A stretch of 64,000 bases of DNA, from assembly GCA_965227515.1 (NCBI GenBank), contig CBDDFZ010000001.1:3584001-3648000 (forward strand). Direction: 5' to 3'. Below, one piece after another: positions 19,663 through 29,789 of this stretch; position 1 is the stretch's first letter; each line of letters starts with the position of its first letter. Below the pieces are notes generated by a model. It was not told the DNA's origin and made no database searches. It saw only the letters and a program-made list of their open reading frames with translations. The position numbers were made by a program, and so were the translations under genes. This DNA is from Alphaproteobacteria bacterium (lineage in GTDB: Bacteria; Pseudomonadota; Alphaproteobacteria; CALKHQ01).

Positions 19663-21032
19663 CAATTATCCTCTGCGTACACCAGGGCGTTGGGGGACGG
19701 GGTCTCGCCCGGATCGGCGCCCCGCGCCTTCTGGCGGTCCCGGATCGTTTGAACATCGGCATCGCGCACGTTCACGCCGGCATCCAGCGCGACGACGGCG
19801 GCGGTGCCGGCCGCCTCGCCCATCGCCATGCAGGGCGGGATCTCGCGGCTGAGCTTCTGCGCCTGCGGCGTCGCCGAATAGTGCCGCCCGGCCACCAGCA
19901 ACTGCTCCACGCCCACCGGCAGGATCGCGCGATAGGGCGTGTAGTAGTCGCGGCCCCGGCACACCGTATCCTCGAAGTGCCGGCGCTTCATGATGTCTTC
20001 CTTGGTCACCACGTACTCGCCTTGCAACAGGCGGGTCTGGCGCACGCCGGTCTGCGGCGCGAAGTCGACGATGTGGGCGTCCTCGAAGCCCGGATAGTTG
20101 GCGCGCGCGAAGTCGAGCAGGTTCTCGATCCGTGACCGGCCATCCAGCTCGGCCTTGGTCAGGTCGTTGACCTTCAGGCCGTCGAGGCCGGCCATGTGCG
20201 GGCAGTTCAGCCAGACAACGCCGGGCAGCGGCGTCTTCAGCCACCAGTGCGCCCAACAACCGCCGATGATGCGCTTGGCCTCGCGGTCGACGGCCTTGAA
20301 CCGATCGGGCTCCTCGTACTCGAAGCGCTCGGCGGCATCGGTGTCGATATTGCCCCAGCGCGACACGGTGGTGAGGATGAACGCGCCCTCGTCGAACGCC
20401 GCACCGGCGCTGGCGGCGACATCCAGATCGCCGGTGGTGTCGATGACGATGTCGCCCAGGACCGCCTGCGCGCCTTCCTTGGTGTGGCAGATCACGCCCT
20501 TGGCGGCACCGTCCTCGACGATGGCCGACGAGAACCAGCTATGGCAGCGCAGCTTGACGCCGGACTCCGCGATCATCTCGTAGGCGGCACGCTTGTAGCC
20601 GTCGGGATCGAAAGCTGCGGCGTAGACGATCGGGTGCGGCATCGTCTTGGTGCGGAAGTCGAACAGGCCCCAACGCGCCCACTTGCGATAGACGTCCATG
20701 TTGGCGCGCACATCGGGCTGGCGGTCGGCCTCGTCCGGCACGACGGCAAGGCCCCATTGCTGCATGCGCTCGATGATCTCAAGCCCGATGCCGCGCACCG
20801 AGATCTCGGTGTCGTTGTGCATGTCGTCCAGGATCAGCACCATGCCGCCGGTGGCCAGCCCGCCCAGGTAGGGGTAGCGCTCCAGCAGGGTCACGCTGGC
20901 GCCGAGCCGGGCGGCGGCAACGGCCGCCGAAATGCCGGCCGGCCCGCCACCAACCACGACCACGTCGCTGCGGTCGACCACCGTGGCCTCACGCGCGGCC
21001 TCGCGCACTGTCGGTGCATCAGTCATGTCCAT
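19662..21032 (-). CDS. FAD-dependent oxidoreductase
   Basis: DVVVVGGGPAGISAA...LLER, IDTTGDLD, CMAMGEAAG. Confidence 0.88.
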   Translation of the reverse strand: MDMTDAPTVREAAREATVVDRSDVVVVGGGPAGISAAVAAARLGASVTLLERYPYLGGLATGGMVLILDDMHNDTEISVRGIGLEIIERMQQWGLAVVPDEADRQPDVRANMDVYRKWARWGLFDFRTKTMPHPIVYAAAFDPDGYKRAAYEMIAESGVKLRCHSWFSSAIVEDGAAKGVICHTKEGAQAVLGDIVIDTTGDLDVAASAGAAFDEGAFILTTVSRWGNIDTDAAERFEYEEPDRFKAVDREAKRIIGGCWAHWWLKTPLPGVVWLNCPHMAGLDGLKVNDLTKAELDGRSRIENLLDFARANYPGFEDAHIVDFAPQTGVRQTRLLQGEYVVTKEDIMKRRHFEDTVCRGRDYYTPYRAILPVGVEQLLVAGRHYSATPQAQKLSREIPPCMAMGEAAGTAAVVALDAGVNVRDADVQTIRDRQKARGADPGETPSPNALVYAEDN

Positions 21033-21053
21033 GGTCCTCCAACGCCGTCCGGC

Positions 21054-21887
21054 CTAAAACACCGCCGGCGATTTCCAGCGTACGACCCGGCGCTCCGCCA
21101 TGCCGACCATGCTGAACAGCAGCACGGCCAGCCCGGCGCACACGAACACGGTCGCGTAGAGCAGCGGCGAGCGATAATTGTAGGTGGCCTCGATGATCAG
21201 GGCGCCGAGGCCGAAATTCGACCCGATCCATTCGCCGACCACAGCACCGATCACGCAGGTGGTGCTGGCGATCTTCAGGGCGGCGAACAGGAACGGCAAC
21301 GAGCTCTGCATCCTGAGCTTCCACAGCACTTCGCCCTTGGTGGCCGAGAGCACGCGCATCAGGTCCAGCATCGCCGGGCTCACCGCCTTCAGCCCGCGCA
21401 CCATGTTGACCAGGGTCGGGAAGAAGCAGATCAGCGCCGCAATCACGATCTTCGGCGCGTAGCCGTTGCCCAGCAGCAGCACCAGGATCGGCGCGATGGC
21501 GATGATCGGGATCGTATTGATGAACACCGCGATCGGGTAGACTGCCGCCTCGGCGGTGCGGTTGTGAACGAACCAGATCGCCAGCCCTATGGCGACCGCA
21601 TTGCCGACGATGAAGCCGATCAGCGCCTCCATCAGGGTCGGCCAGAAGTTGTTGAGCAACATCAGGCCGTCGGTCCAGAACGTCTGCAGGATCAGCCAAG
21701 GCGTCGGCGCGATGAAGGTCGGCACCTCGAACACGTCGCAGCCGACCTGCCACAGGATCAGCAGGCAGGCCACCGTCACCAGGGCTGGCCAGCGCGCCGG
21801 GCGCCCCTGCGGCGATGCCTTCTTGCGCGTGGCCGTGACGGCAGCGGTGGTGGCGCCGGCCACATCCCGCTCGATAGCGGCGCTCAT
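21054..21887 (-). CDS. ABC transporter permease (NitT/TauT type)
   Basis: From MSAAIE; TIPIIAIAP, GAVVGEWIGSNFGLG. Confidence 0.9.
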   Translation of the reverse strand: MSAAIERDVAGATTAAVTATRKKASPQGRPARWPALVTVACLLILWQVGCDVFEVPTFIAPTPWLILQTFWTDGLMLLNNFWPTLMEALIGFIVGNAVAIGLAIWFVHNRTAEAAVYPIAVFINTIPIIAIAPILVLLLGNGYAPKIVIAALICFFPTLVNMVRGLKAVSPAMLDLMRVLSATKGEVLWKLRMQSSLPFLFAALKIASTTCVIGAVVGEWIGSNFGLGALIIEATYNYRSPLLYATVFVCAGLAVLLFSMVGMAERRVVRWKSPAVF

Positions 21888-22696
21888 CAGCATTCCTCCA
21901 GCAGCGCGCGCAGCTTGGCCGTGACCTCGATGAACTCCATCGTGTCGCGCACCGCCAAGCGGCGTGGGGTGCCGAGATCGACCGGTACGAAGGCGTGGAC
22001 CCGGCCGGGGTGCGAGGCCAGCATCAACACGCTCTGGCCCAGGAACGCCGCCTCCGGGATGGAGTGGGTCACGAACACGATGGTGGTCCCGGTCTCCTGC
22101 CAGATCCGCAGCAGTTCCTCGTTCAGCTTGTCGCGGGTGATCTCGTCCAGCGCACCGAACGGCTCGTCCATCAGCAGGATGCGCGGGCGCACCACCAGCG
22201 CGCGGGCAATCGCCACCCGTTGACGCATGCCGCCGGACAGCTCGTCCGGGTAGGCCAGTTCGCGGCCGGAAAGCCCGACCATGGCCAGCAGCGCTTCCGG
22301 GTCTTCGTGGTCGGGACTGCCGCCGCCGACTTCCAGCGGCAGGCGCACATTGTCGATGACCGTGCGCCAGGGCAGCAGCGTCGCCTCTTGGAAGACGAAG
22401 GCGAAGTCGCGCTCGCGCCTGGCCTGCCAGGGCTCGCGGCCGTGGACGACGATGTTGCCGTCGGTGATCGGCACAAGGTCGGCGATGGCTCGCAGCAGGG
22501 TCGACTTCCCACAACCGGACGGACCCAGCATGGTGACCAGCCCGCCCTCCGGAATGTCGACGCTGACGTCCTGCAGCGCCGTCACGCCGTCGACGTCGTC
22601 GCCGAACCGGACGGTGACGTTCTCGACCGAGATGGCGGTGCGCCCCACTTCGGACGCACCGGCCATATCAGTGGTTGCGGTCATGGCGGCCGACAC
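21887..22696 (-). CDS. ABC transporter ATP-binding protein (NitT/TauT type)
   Basis: [24 protein letters not shown]. Confidence 0.95.
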   Translation of the reverse strand: MSAAMTATTDMAGASEVGRTAISVENVTVRFGDDVDGVTALQDVSVDIPEGGLVTMLGPSGCGKSTLLRAIADLVPITDGNIVVHGREPWQARRERDFAFVFQEATLLPWRTVIDNVRLPLEVGGGSPDHEDPEALLAMVGLSGRELAYPDELSGGMRQRVAIARALVVRPRILLMDEPFGALDEITRDKLNEELLRIWQETGTTIVFVTHSIPEAAFLGQSVLMLASHPGRVHAFVPVDLGTPRRLAVRDTMEFIEVTAKLRALLEEC

Positions 22697-22726
22697 GGCG
22701 ACGGACCCTGGCTGGCGCGCGGCGGG

Positions 22727-23764
22727 CTAGCCCTTGCGCGCCTCGGCGGTGGCGTCCAGGATCGCGGTGGTCATCACGTCATCCACCGTCGGCACGTCGC
22801 CGCTGAACTGCTCCAACGCGGCATAGGTGTCGATCTGGGCCCGCCAGTTGGCCGGGTCCATCACACCCCAGCCGCCGGCATCGGTGGCATCGCCGAAGCT
22901 GAAGCCGATCACCGGGCCGACCGCTTGCAACTCGGAATCGCGGTCCAGGTTCGGGAACATCGCGACCAGCAGGTCGACCGCCTCTTCCTGGTTGTCGCGG
23001 GCGTATTGCCAGCCGCGCGCCGAACCGCGGATGAAGCCGGCCAGCACGTCGCCGTGCTCTTCGAGCATGTCGTCGGTGCTGAAATAGACATTGGCGTAGA
23101 GCTGGATGCCGGCGTCCCACAGCATCATGTCGACCCGGTCCTCGCCGAGCACGCTGAGCGCGCCGACATTGGTCTGCCAGCCGGTGACGGCGGCGACCTG
23201 GCCGGTCACGAGCTGGTTCATGTCGCTGCCCATGGGAATGACCTCGACATCGTCCTCGCTGATACCGTTGGCGGCCAACAGCGCGCGCAACAGGATTTCG
23301 GCGGTCGGCTGGGTCGCGATGGTCTGGCCGACCATGTCGGCGGGCTCGCGAATCGGGTTGCCCTCAAGCGAGAAGTACGTGAACGGGTGCTTCTGGTAGC
23401 CGGCGGCAATCGCCTTGATCGGAATGCCGGCGGAGCGCGCCAGCATCAGCGCCGGGCTGGACGAGGTCTGGCCGCCTTCCTTGGCGCCGGAACCGACGGC
23501 GGCGACACCGTCCACGTTCGGCCCGCCGGGGGTGATGGAAAGCTCGACGCCCTCCTCCGCGTAGAAGCCCTTGGCAATGCCGACCACTTCGCCGATCACG
23601 CCGTTACTGGCCAGCCAGCCAAGCTGCAGGTCGACCTCGGCCATGTCCTGGGCACGGGCGCCCACGGTCACCAGGCTGGCGACCGATGCCGGCATTGCGC
23701 CGGCCAAACCTGCGCTGCCAAGACCCTTCAGGACATTGCGGCGATGCGTACGCGTCTTCAACAT
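22727..23764 (-). CDS. NMT1/THI5-like ABC substrate-binding protein with Tat signal
   Basis: HRRNVLK; LQLGW, KGFYAEEGVEL, PGGP. Confidence 0.88.
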   Translation of the reverse strand: MLKTRTHRRNVLKGLGSAGLAGAMPASVASLVTVGARAQDMAEVDLQLGWLASNGVIGEVVGIAKGFYAEEGVELSITPGGPNVDGVAAVGSGAKEGGQTSSSPALMLARSAGIPIKAIAAGYQKHPFTYFSLEGNPIREPADMVGQTIATQPTAEILLRALLAANGISEDDVEVIPMGSDMNQLVTGQVAAVTGWQTNVGALSVLGEDRVDMMLWDAGIQLYANVYFSTDDMLEEHGDVLAGFIRGSARGWQYARDNQEEAVDLLVAMFPNLDRDSELQAVGPVIGFSFGDATDAGGWGVMDPANWRAQIDTYAALEQFSGDVPTVDDVMTTAILDATAEARKG

Positions 23765-24079
23765 CTCAACCCCCTGCGATGTGCGTTGGTCCGACGCACC
23801 GGGCGTGCGCCGAACGCGTGCTCACGATGTGCGCGCAAGGTTAGGCGCGTTTTGCGTTGCGGAGATAGCAGCAAGTTTCGGCATCCCCGTTGCTCTTTTG
23901 GCAACGCAAATTCAAGAACGGGCGCGAACGCCCAAATTGCGTCACCGATCCTCCGCATCGCCGGCCAACTGCGCGTCCATGGTCCCGTCAACGAGGACGC
24001 GGCACGACGCGCGACGGCGGGCAATATGCTATTGCTGAGCGAATGAACCGGAGAAACTGAGAGCGATTCAGGAGGTTCC

Positions 24080-24967
24080 ATGGACAGACGCGATTTCATG
24101 GCAGGGACTGCCGCAGCCATTGCGGCGGGCAGCGTTGCCCTGCCCGTGGGCGCGACTCAGGAGACGACGGTTCCGCAGCCGTACGACTGGAACGCCTATC
24201 CGCCGATGGCGCCCGGCCAGCGCGCCGAATACATCGAATGGATGGTCGAGAATCGTGGCGAGGACCCGTACTACCTGGGCCTGCACTGGGACCGTTATCA
24301 GGTGCTGGTCAACAACCGCGACCTGCTGGACGACCGCAACAAACGCGCCTTCCTGATGCTGCCGCGCGAGGAGTTCTGCCTGGAGCGCAATTTGAGCCGC
24401 GCCTATGAGCACGCCTTCCTCGACATCGGCTATGGGGTCACCATCTCCGGCCCGCACCTGGTCGGCCGTATGACCACCTCCATCGACGTCCAGTTCGGCG
24501 AGAAGGTGCTGGAGGTCGGCACCGGCTCCGGCTACCAGTCCGCCTACCTGGCCAATTTGACCGACAAGGTGTGGACCATCGAGATCATCGCCCCGCTGGC
24601 CGAGCGCACGCGCGGCGTCCACGACAACCTGATCGCCCGGGGCTACACCGAATACCAGGCGATCTCATCGAAGAACGCCGACGGCTATTATGGGTGGGAG
24701 GACGCAGGCCCTTTCGACAAGATCATCGTGACCTGCGGCATCGACCATGTGCCGCCGCCGCTGCTGCAACAGCTCAAGGTCGGCGGCATCATGGTGATCC
24801 CGGTCGGGCCGCCCGGCGCCCACCACGTGCTCAAGATCATCAAGGAACAGGCCGAGGACGGCACCGTCCGGGTCAATCGCACCGACATCTATGGCGGGCG
24901 CGTCGTGCCGTTCGTGCCCTTCACCAAGCTGGAGGGCGACGAGATCGTCGGCGTCCACCACCAGTAG
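24080..24967 (+). CDS. pcm: Protein-L-isoaspartate O-methyltransferase homolog with Tat signal, copy 1
   Basis: DRRDFM Tat signal; TISGP, VLEVGTGSGYQSA, GPFDKIIVT, LLQQLKVGGIMVIPVG, PFVPF. Confidence 0.85.
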   Translation: MDRRDFMAGTAAAIAAGSVALPVGATQETTVPQPYDWNAYPPMAPGQRAEYIEWMVENRGEDPYYLGLHWDRYQVLVNNRDLLDDRNKRAFLMLPREEFCLERNLSRAYEHAFLDIGYGVTISGPHLVGRMTTSIDVQFGEKVLEVGTGSGYQSAYLANLTDKVWTIEIIAPLAERTRGVHDNLIARGYTEYQAISSKNADGYYGWEDAGPFDKIIVTCGIDHVPPPLLQQLKVGGIMVIPVGPPGAHHVLKIIKEQAEDGTVRVNRTDIYGGRVVPFVPFTKLEGDEIVGVHHQ

Positions 24968-25057
24968 ACAACTTACCGCCCGCAACAGAGGAATGCTTTC
25001 CTTTGCGCCCGGCGCGATGCGATGTTACGCGCAGCGGACTCAGAGTCGGAGGATACC

Positions 25058-25942
25058 GTGAAAAGACGAGACTTCATGGCGGGTACTGCCGCCGTCGCCG
25101 CGGGCAGTATGGCCCTGCCCGGACTTGCCAGCGCGGAGACGTCCGTTCCGCTCCCGTACAATTGGGAAGCCTATCCGCCGATGGAGCTGGGCCAGCGCGC
25201 CGAATACATCGAGTGGATGGCGCAGTATCGCGGTGAGGACCCGCACTTCCTGGGCCTGCATTGGGACCGCTACGAGCACCTGATCGGTCACCGCGACTTG
25301 CTGGACGACCGCACCAGGCGGGCCTTTCTGATGACGCCGCGCGAGGAATTCTGCCTGGAGCGCAACCTTGGCCGCGTCTATGACCGCGCTTTCCTCGACA
25401 TCGGCTGGGGCGTGACCATTTCCGGCCCGAATCTGGTCGGCCGGATGACCAGCTCGATCAAGGTCGACTTCGGCGAGAAGGTGCTGGAGGTCGGCACCGG
25501 CTCCGGCTACCAGTCGGCCATGCTGTCCAACCTGACCGACAAGGTGTGGACCATCGAGATCATCGCGCCGCTGGCCGAGCGCACGCGCGGCATCTACGAC
25601 GCGCTGATCGAGCGCGGCTATACCGAGTACGGCGCCATCACCAGCAAGAACGCCGACGGCTACTATGGCTGGGAAGAGGCCGCCCCGTTCGACAAGATCG
25701 TCGTCACCTGCGGCATCGACCACGTGCCGCCGCCGCTGCTGCAGCAGCTCCGGGTCGGCGGCATCATGGTGATTCCGGTCGGTCCGCCCGGTGGCCACCA
25801 CGTGCTGAAGATCGTCAAGGAACAGGCCGATGACGGTACGGTCCGCGTCGCCCGGTCCGACATCTACGGCGGCAGCATCGTGCCGTTCGTGCCCTTCACC
25901 AAGCTGGAAGGGGACGAAATCGTCGGTGTCCACCACCAGTAG
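25058..25942 (+). CDS. pcm: Protein-L-isoaspartate O-methyltransferase homolog with Tat signal, copy 2
   Basis: GTG start after GGAGG RBS; KRRDFM; near-identical motifs to copy 1. Confidence 0.85.
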   Translation: MKRRDFMAGTAAVAAGSMALPGLASAETSVPLPYNWEAYPPMELGQRAEYIEWMAQYRGEDPHFLGLHWDRYEHLIGHRDLLDDRTRRAFLMTPREEFCLERNLGRVYDRAFLDIGWGVTISGPNLVGRMTSSIKVDFGEKVLEVGTGSGYQSAMLSNLTDKVWTIEIIAPLAERTRGIYDALIERGYTEYGAITSKNADGYYGWEEAAPFDKIVVTCGIDHVPPPLLQQLRVGGIMVIPVGPPGGHHVLKIVKEQADDGTVRVARSDIYGGSIVPFVPFTKLEGDEIVGVHHQ

Positions 25943-25999
25943 GCACCTCGACCTGTCGATGCCGGTGCGCCCGCCGCGACGCGCCGGACGGGGCACCGC

Positions 26000-28675
26000 A
26001 TGACCACTCTTGCGGCCGCGAGCGAGCGGTACATCAGCACGCCGCGGCCGTCGCTCCTGCTCTATCTCGCCATGGGCCTCGTCGCCGGGGCCGTCATTGC
26101 GTACCAGATTTTCATCATGCGGGTCTTCGCGGTGGGGAGCTGGACCCACTTCGGCTCGTTCGTCGTCGCCCTCGCCATGCTCGGCTTCGGCCTGGCCAGC
26201 GCGGTGATGGCGCTGTCGAAGGAGTTCTTCCAGCGCCGATGGCGCGGCGTGACGACCGTGTCGGTGGTCCTGTTCGGCCCGCTGATGGCCGGTTGCCAAA
26301 TCGTGGCGCAGCAGTACCCGTTCAACCCGATCTTCCTGGTCTCAGATCCGGCGCAGAGCTGGAACCTGGCAACCAACTTCGTTCTCTATTTCCTACCGTT
26401 CTTCGCCGCCGCCGTCTTCATCGGCACCGTGTTCCTGAAGACCTCCCAGGTCTTCGGACGGGTCTATTTCGCCGACCTGCTGGGTGCCGGGCTTGCCGGC
26501 CTGCTCATCCTCGGCGGCATGTTCCTGTTCCCGCCGGAACACCTGATCGTCGTGCCGCTGACGGTCTGGTTCATCGGCGCACTGTGCTGGCTGAAGTGGA
26601 TCGAAGGCCGCGCGAGCTTTGCATGCCTTATCGTTGCCGCCATTCTTTCGGCCGGGCTGCATGCCGTGCCGCCGCGTGCCGGCGACCTCGTCGATGCGCT
26701 CGGCCTGCGCGACGTGTTCCCGACCGCCGAGAATCTGCCGCACATCGCGGTGTCCGACTACAAGGGCGTTTCCTACGCGCGCAACTTCCCGGACTCCGAG
26801 CGCGTCTATTCGGACATCTCGCCGTTCGGCGACCTGCAAATCTACCAAAGCTCGTACCTGCATTTCGCGCCCGGCCTGTCCGACAACGCGGCTTTCAACA
26901 TCCCGGAGATGCCGTCGAACGCCTTCCTCGGCATGTACATCGACAGCGACGGGCCGAGCGGCATCATGCGCGAGCTGCCGGACGAACAGACGCTCTATTT
27001 CCGTTTCCTGCCGATGTACTACCCGTTCCTGGTCAAGGAGGATCCGTCGGTCTTCGTGGTCCAGTTCGGCGGCGGTATCTCCACGACCGTGGCGCTGCGC
27101 AGCGGTGCGTCGGACGTGACGGTGGCGGAGGCCAACCCTGCCGTGCTGAGCGTGATGGACGCGCCGCTTGTCCGCGACTTCACCGGCGACCTGCTGGGCG
27201 ACCCGCGCCTGACGGTGATCCCCTACGAGGGGCGCCTGTTCCTGGCCTCGACCGACCAGCGCTACGACATCATCGACTTGAGCCTCGCCGACTCCGTCGG
27301 GCTTTCCAGCCCTGGCGGCTTCGCCATCGCGGAGCGCTACGCCTACACCCGCGAGGCGATGAGCACGTATATGCGCGCGCTCGACGACGGGGGCATCCTG
27401 TCGGTCACGGTGTGGAACAAGGAGGAGCCGCCGAAGTCGGTGCTGCGCCTCTATGCCACCATGGCCGAGGCGGCGCGGGAGATCGATCCGGACAGCGTGG
27501 CGCAGTCGTTCTATGTCGCCGCCAACTACCTCTCCACCGCGACCGTGCTCTACAAGCGCGGCGGCTTCACGGACGAGGAGATCGCCATCCTCTCCGACAA
27601 CACCTACGCACTGTCGTTCGACGAGATATTCGCGCCGGGCATCGAGGTCGAGGGCGACGAGGCGCAGCTCCTGTCCGACTACCGGGCGCAGATCTTCGGC
27701 ATCGAAGATGGGGGCGATGGGTCGGGCGCCGATCCGATGGCGTGGATGGAAGACGACAGCGACCCGATGCTGGATCCCGTCTTCGAGGAGGGACCGGTGG
27801 TGATGCCGGCGACCTCGCTCGGCCGTTTCGCCTGGCAGGCGCTGGCCAACGACGACTGGGAGACCTTCTCGAGCACGTACGTTTTCGATGTGGACGGCCT
27901 GGACAACGACCGCCCCTATTTCGCGGCTTACGTGCGCCCGTCCGACCTGCCCGACACCCTCGACCGGCTGGAGCTGTTCCAGGACGACTGGGGCTATCTC
28001 GCGGTCTGGGGCACGCTGATCGTTGCCGGCATCGCGGCCCTGTTCCTGCTGTTGTTCCCGATCGTCTTCGGCTGGCGCGCCATCTTCAGCGCCTATCCCG
28101 GCAAGCTCGGCACCCTGCTCTACTTCGCCTGCCTCGGCTTCGGCTACATGCTGGTCGAGGTCGGGATGATCTCCAAGTTCATCCTGGCGCTGTCGACACC
28201 CACCGTCTCCGCCTCGGTGCTGATCACCGGCATGCTGGTCTTCTCCGGCCTCGGCAGCCTGCTGTCGGAGCGGTTCCTCGACCGCGCCAAGCAGGTGATG
28301 CCCTACGTCTTCGCGACCATCGGCGTGCTGCTGATCGGCTACAGCTTCGTCCTCGACTACGTGCTCGACTGGATCGGCACCTTCCCCTACGTCGTCCGCC
28401 TGGTGCTGTGCCTGGCCCTGATCGCGCCGCCGGCATTGCTGATGGGCTTCCCGCTTGCAACCGCCATGACCTGGCTCGGCCGGCTGGGCAAGGACCATCT
28501 GTTCATCTGGGCCTGGGGCATCAACGGCAGCTTCTCGGTCATCGGCTCGGCGGCGATCCCGGTGCTGGCGGTCAGCTTCGGCCTGACCTCGGTGATCCAG
28601 ATCGCCGGCATCGCCTACCTCATCGCCCTGCCCGCCTTCGTAGCGGTGTTGCTGCCGCTGCGCCGCCCGGCATGA
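26000..28675 (+). CDS. Large polytopic membrane protein with central spermidine-synthase/SAM-methyltransferase-like domain
   Basis: About 7 N-terminal TMs (YFADLLGAG), soluble domain VFVVQFGGG...VAEANP...YDIIDLS...YTREAM, C-terminal TMs (WAWGINGSFSV). Confidence 0.8.
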   Translation: MTTLAAASERYISTPRPSLLLYLAMGLVAGAVIAYQIFIMRVFAVGSWTHFGSFVVALAMLGFGLASAVMALSKEFFQRRWRGVTTVSVVLFGPLMAGCQIVAQQYPFNPIFLVSDPAQSWNLATNFVLYFLPFFAAAVFIGTVFLKTSQVFGRVYFADLLGAGLAGLLILGGMFLFPPEHLIVVPLTVWFIGALCWLKWIEGRASFACLIVAAILSAGLHAVPPRAGDLVDALGLRDVFPTAENLPHIAVSDYKGVSYARNFPDSERVYSDISPFGDLQIYQSSYLHFAPGLSDNAAFNIPEMPSNAFLGMYIDSDGPSGIMRELPDEQTLYFRFLPMYYPFLVKEDPSVFVVQFGGGISTTVALRSGASDVTVAEANPAVLSVMDAPLVRDFTGDLLGDPRLTVIPYEGRLFLASTDQRYDIIDLSLADSVGLSSPGGFAIAERYAYTREAMSTYMRALDDGGILSVTVWNKEEPPKSVLRLYATMAEAAREIDPDSVAQSFYVAANYLSTATVLYKRGGFTDEEIAILSDNTYALSFDEIFAPGIEVEGDEAQLLSDYRAQIFGIEDGGDGSGADPMAWMEDDSDPMLDPVFEEGPVVMPATSLGRFAWQALANDDWETFSSTYVFDVDGLDNDRPYFAAYVRPSDLPDTLDRLELFQDDWGYLAVWGTLIVAGIAALFLLLFPIVFGWRAIFSAYPGKLGTLLYFACLGFGYMLVEVGMISKFILALSTPTVSASVLITGMLVFSGLGSLLSERFLDRAKQVMPYVFATIGVLLIGYSFVLDYVLDWIGTFPYVVRLVLCLALIAPPALLMGFPLATAMTWLGRLGKDHLFIWAWGINGSFSVIGSAAIPVLAVSFGLTSVIQIAGIAYLIALPAFVAVLLPLRRPA

Positions 28676-29625
28676 GGGTGCGCGCAGCGCTGGCCTGCGC
28701 TGCCATGCTGTCCATCACCGCCGCCGATGGGGAGGCCCGGCCCGTGGCCCAAAGCCTGACCGAAATCGTCCCGTTCGACACCTACGCCTTCCCGTACGAC
28801 GGCATCAGCCCGATCACCGACCAGCCGTTCCTGGATGTGATCGAGGATGGGCGGCGCGGCCACACGTCGCCGCGCGCCGGCCTGTTGTGGGAGGACGAGC
28901 ACTATTTCGACCGCAGCACGCTGCTGCACATCCCCGCCGGCTTCGATCCCGACGCGCCGGCGGCCCTGGTCGTGTTCTTCCATGGCAACCAGACCATCCT
29001 GGAGCGCGATGTCGTTGGCCGCCAGCGGGTGCCGGCCCAGCTCGAGGCATCGGGCCTGAACGCGGTGCTGGCGGCACCGCAGCTTGCCTATGACGCGCCC
29101 GATTCCAGCGCCGGCGGCTTCTGGCGGCCGCGCGCGTTCCAGCAATGGCTGAGCGAGGCGTCGGCCCGGCTGGCCGGCATGCTTGGCGACCACGACCTGT
29201 CGTCGCGCATCGACGATCTGCCGATCGTGCTGGTCGCCTACAGCGGCGGCTACAACCCGGCGGCCTATGCGTTGTCGGTCGGCGGCGCGCGCGGGCGCGT
29301 CTGCGGCACGATCCTGCTCGACGGCCCCTATGACGACGAGGAAGCCTTCGTCGACTGGATCGCGCGCCGTGGCGACGGCTTCTTCATCAGCGCCCACTCG
29401 AAGTCCGCCTCGGAAAGCAACGAGGAACTGCGCACCCTGTTGACGGCGCGCGGCATTCCCTTCCAACAGGTCGCGCGCGACCCCCATCCGGCGCCGGGCG
29501 CGGTGACTTTCCTGGACGTCGGCGAGGATGTGCCGCACGAGGATTTCGTGACCCAGGCCTGGCGCCCCAATCCTCTGCAATGGTTCCTGAGCCAGCTTGC
29601 GGATCGGGAGCTCTGCGCCGGATAG
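28672..29625 (+). CDS. Exported alpha/beta-hydrolase-fold protein
   Basis: From MRVRAALA (ATGA overlap); signal-like N-terminus; VVFFHG, AYSGG nucleophile elbow, LLDGPY, late His. Confidence 0.72.
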   Translation: MRVRAALACAAMLSITAADGEARPVAQSLTEIVPFDTYAFPYDGISPITDQPFLDVIEDGRRGHTSPRAGLLWEDEHYFDRSTLLHIPAGFDPDAPAALVVFFHGNQTILERDVVGRQRVPAQLEASGLNAVLAAPQLAYDAPDSSAGGFWRPRAFQQWLSEASARLAGMLGDHDLSSRIDDLPIVLVAYSGGYNPAAYALSVGGARGRVCGTILLDGPYDDEEAFVDWIARRGDGFFISAHSKSASESNEELRTLLTARGIPFQQVARDPHPAPGAVTFLDVGEDVPHEDFVTQAWRPNPLQWFLSQLADRELCAG

Positions 29626-29789
29626 CCGGCACAGCGTCTCGCTTGCCACCCCGGCGCCCGAAGGCCTAGGTTTGACCCACCAATCCCGCGCGCCCGGCAC
29701 GCCGATCCGACCGGTCACCGTCGATCTCGTGCCCAGGCATTCGCCGCACGCTGCGCGCCACCAGCACCCCTTTGAGGAGTGGAAGGTAA

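Noticed and set aside
23980-24030. ACGA/ACGG-containing sequence as a guanidine-II riboswitch
   Set aside because: The twin stems do not pair convincingly; no guanidine riboswitch was recognised upstream of the ureohydrolase operon either (an Infernal/Rfam scan is needed)
26239-28671. 1128-aa ORF
   Set aside because: Only the last 317 aa (from 28672) look like a real protein; the rest is an alternative frame of the membrane protein gene
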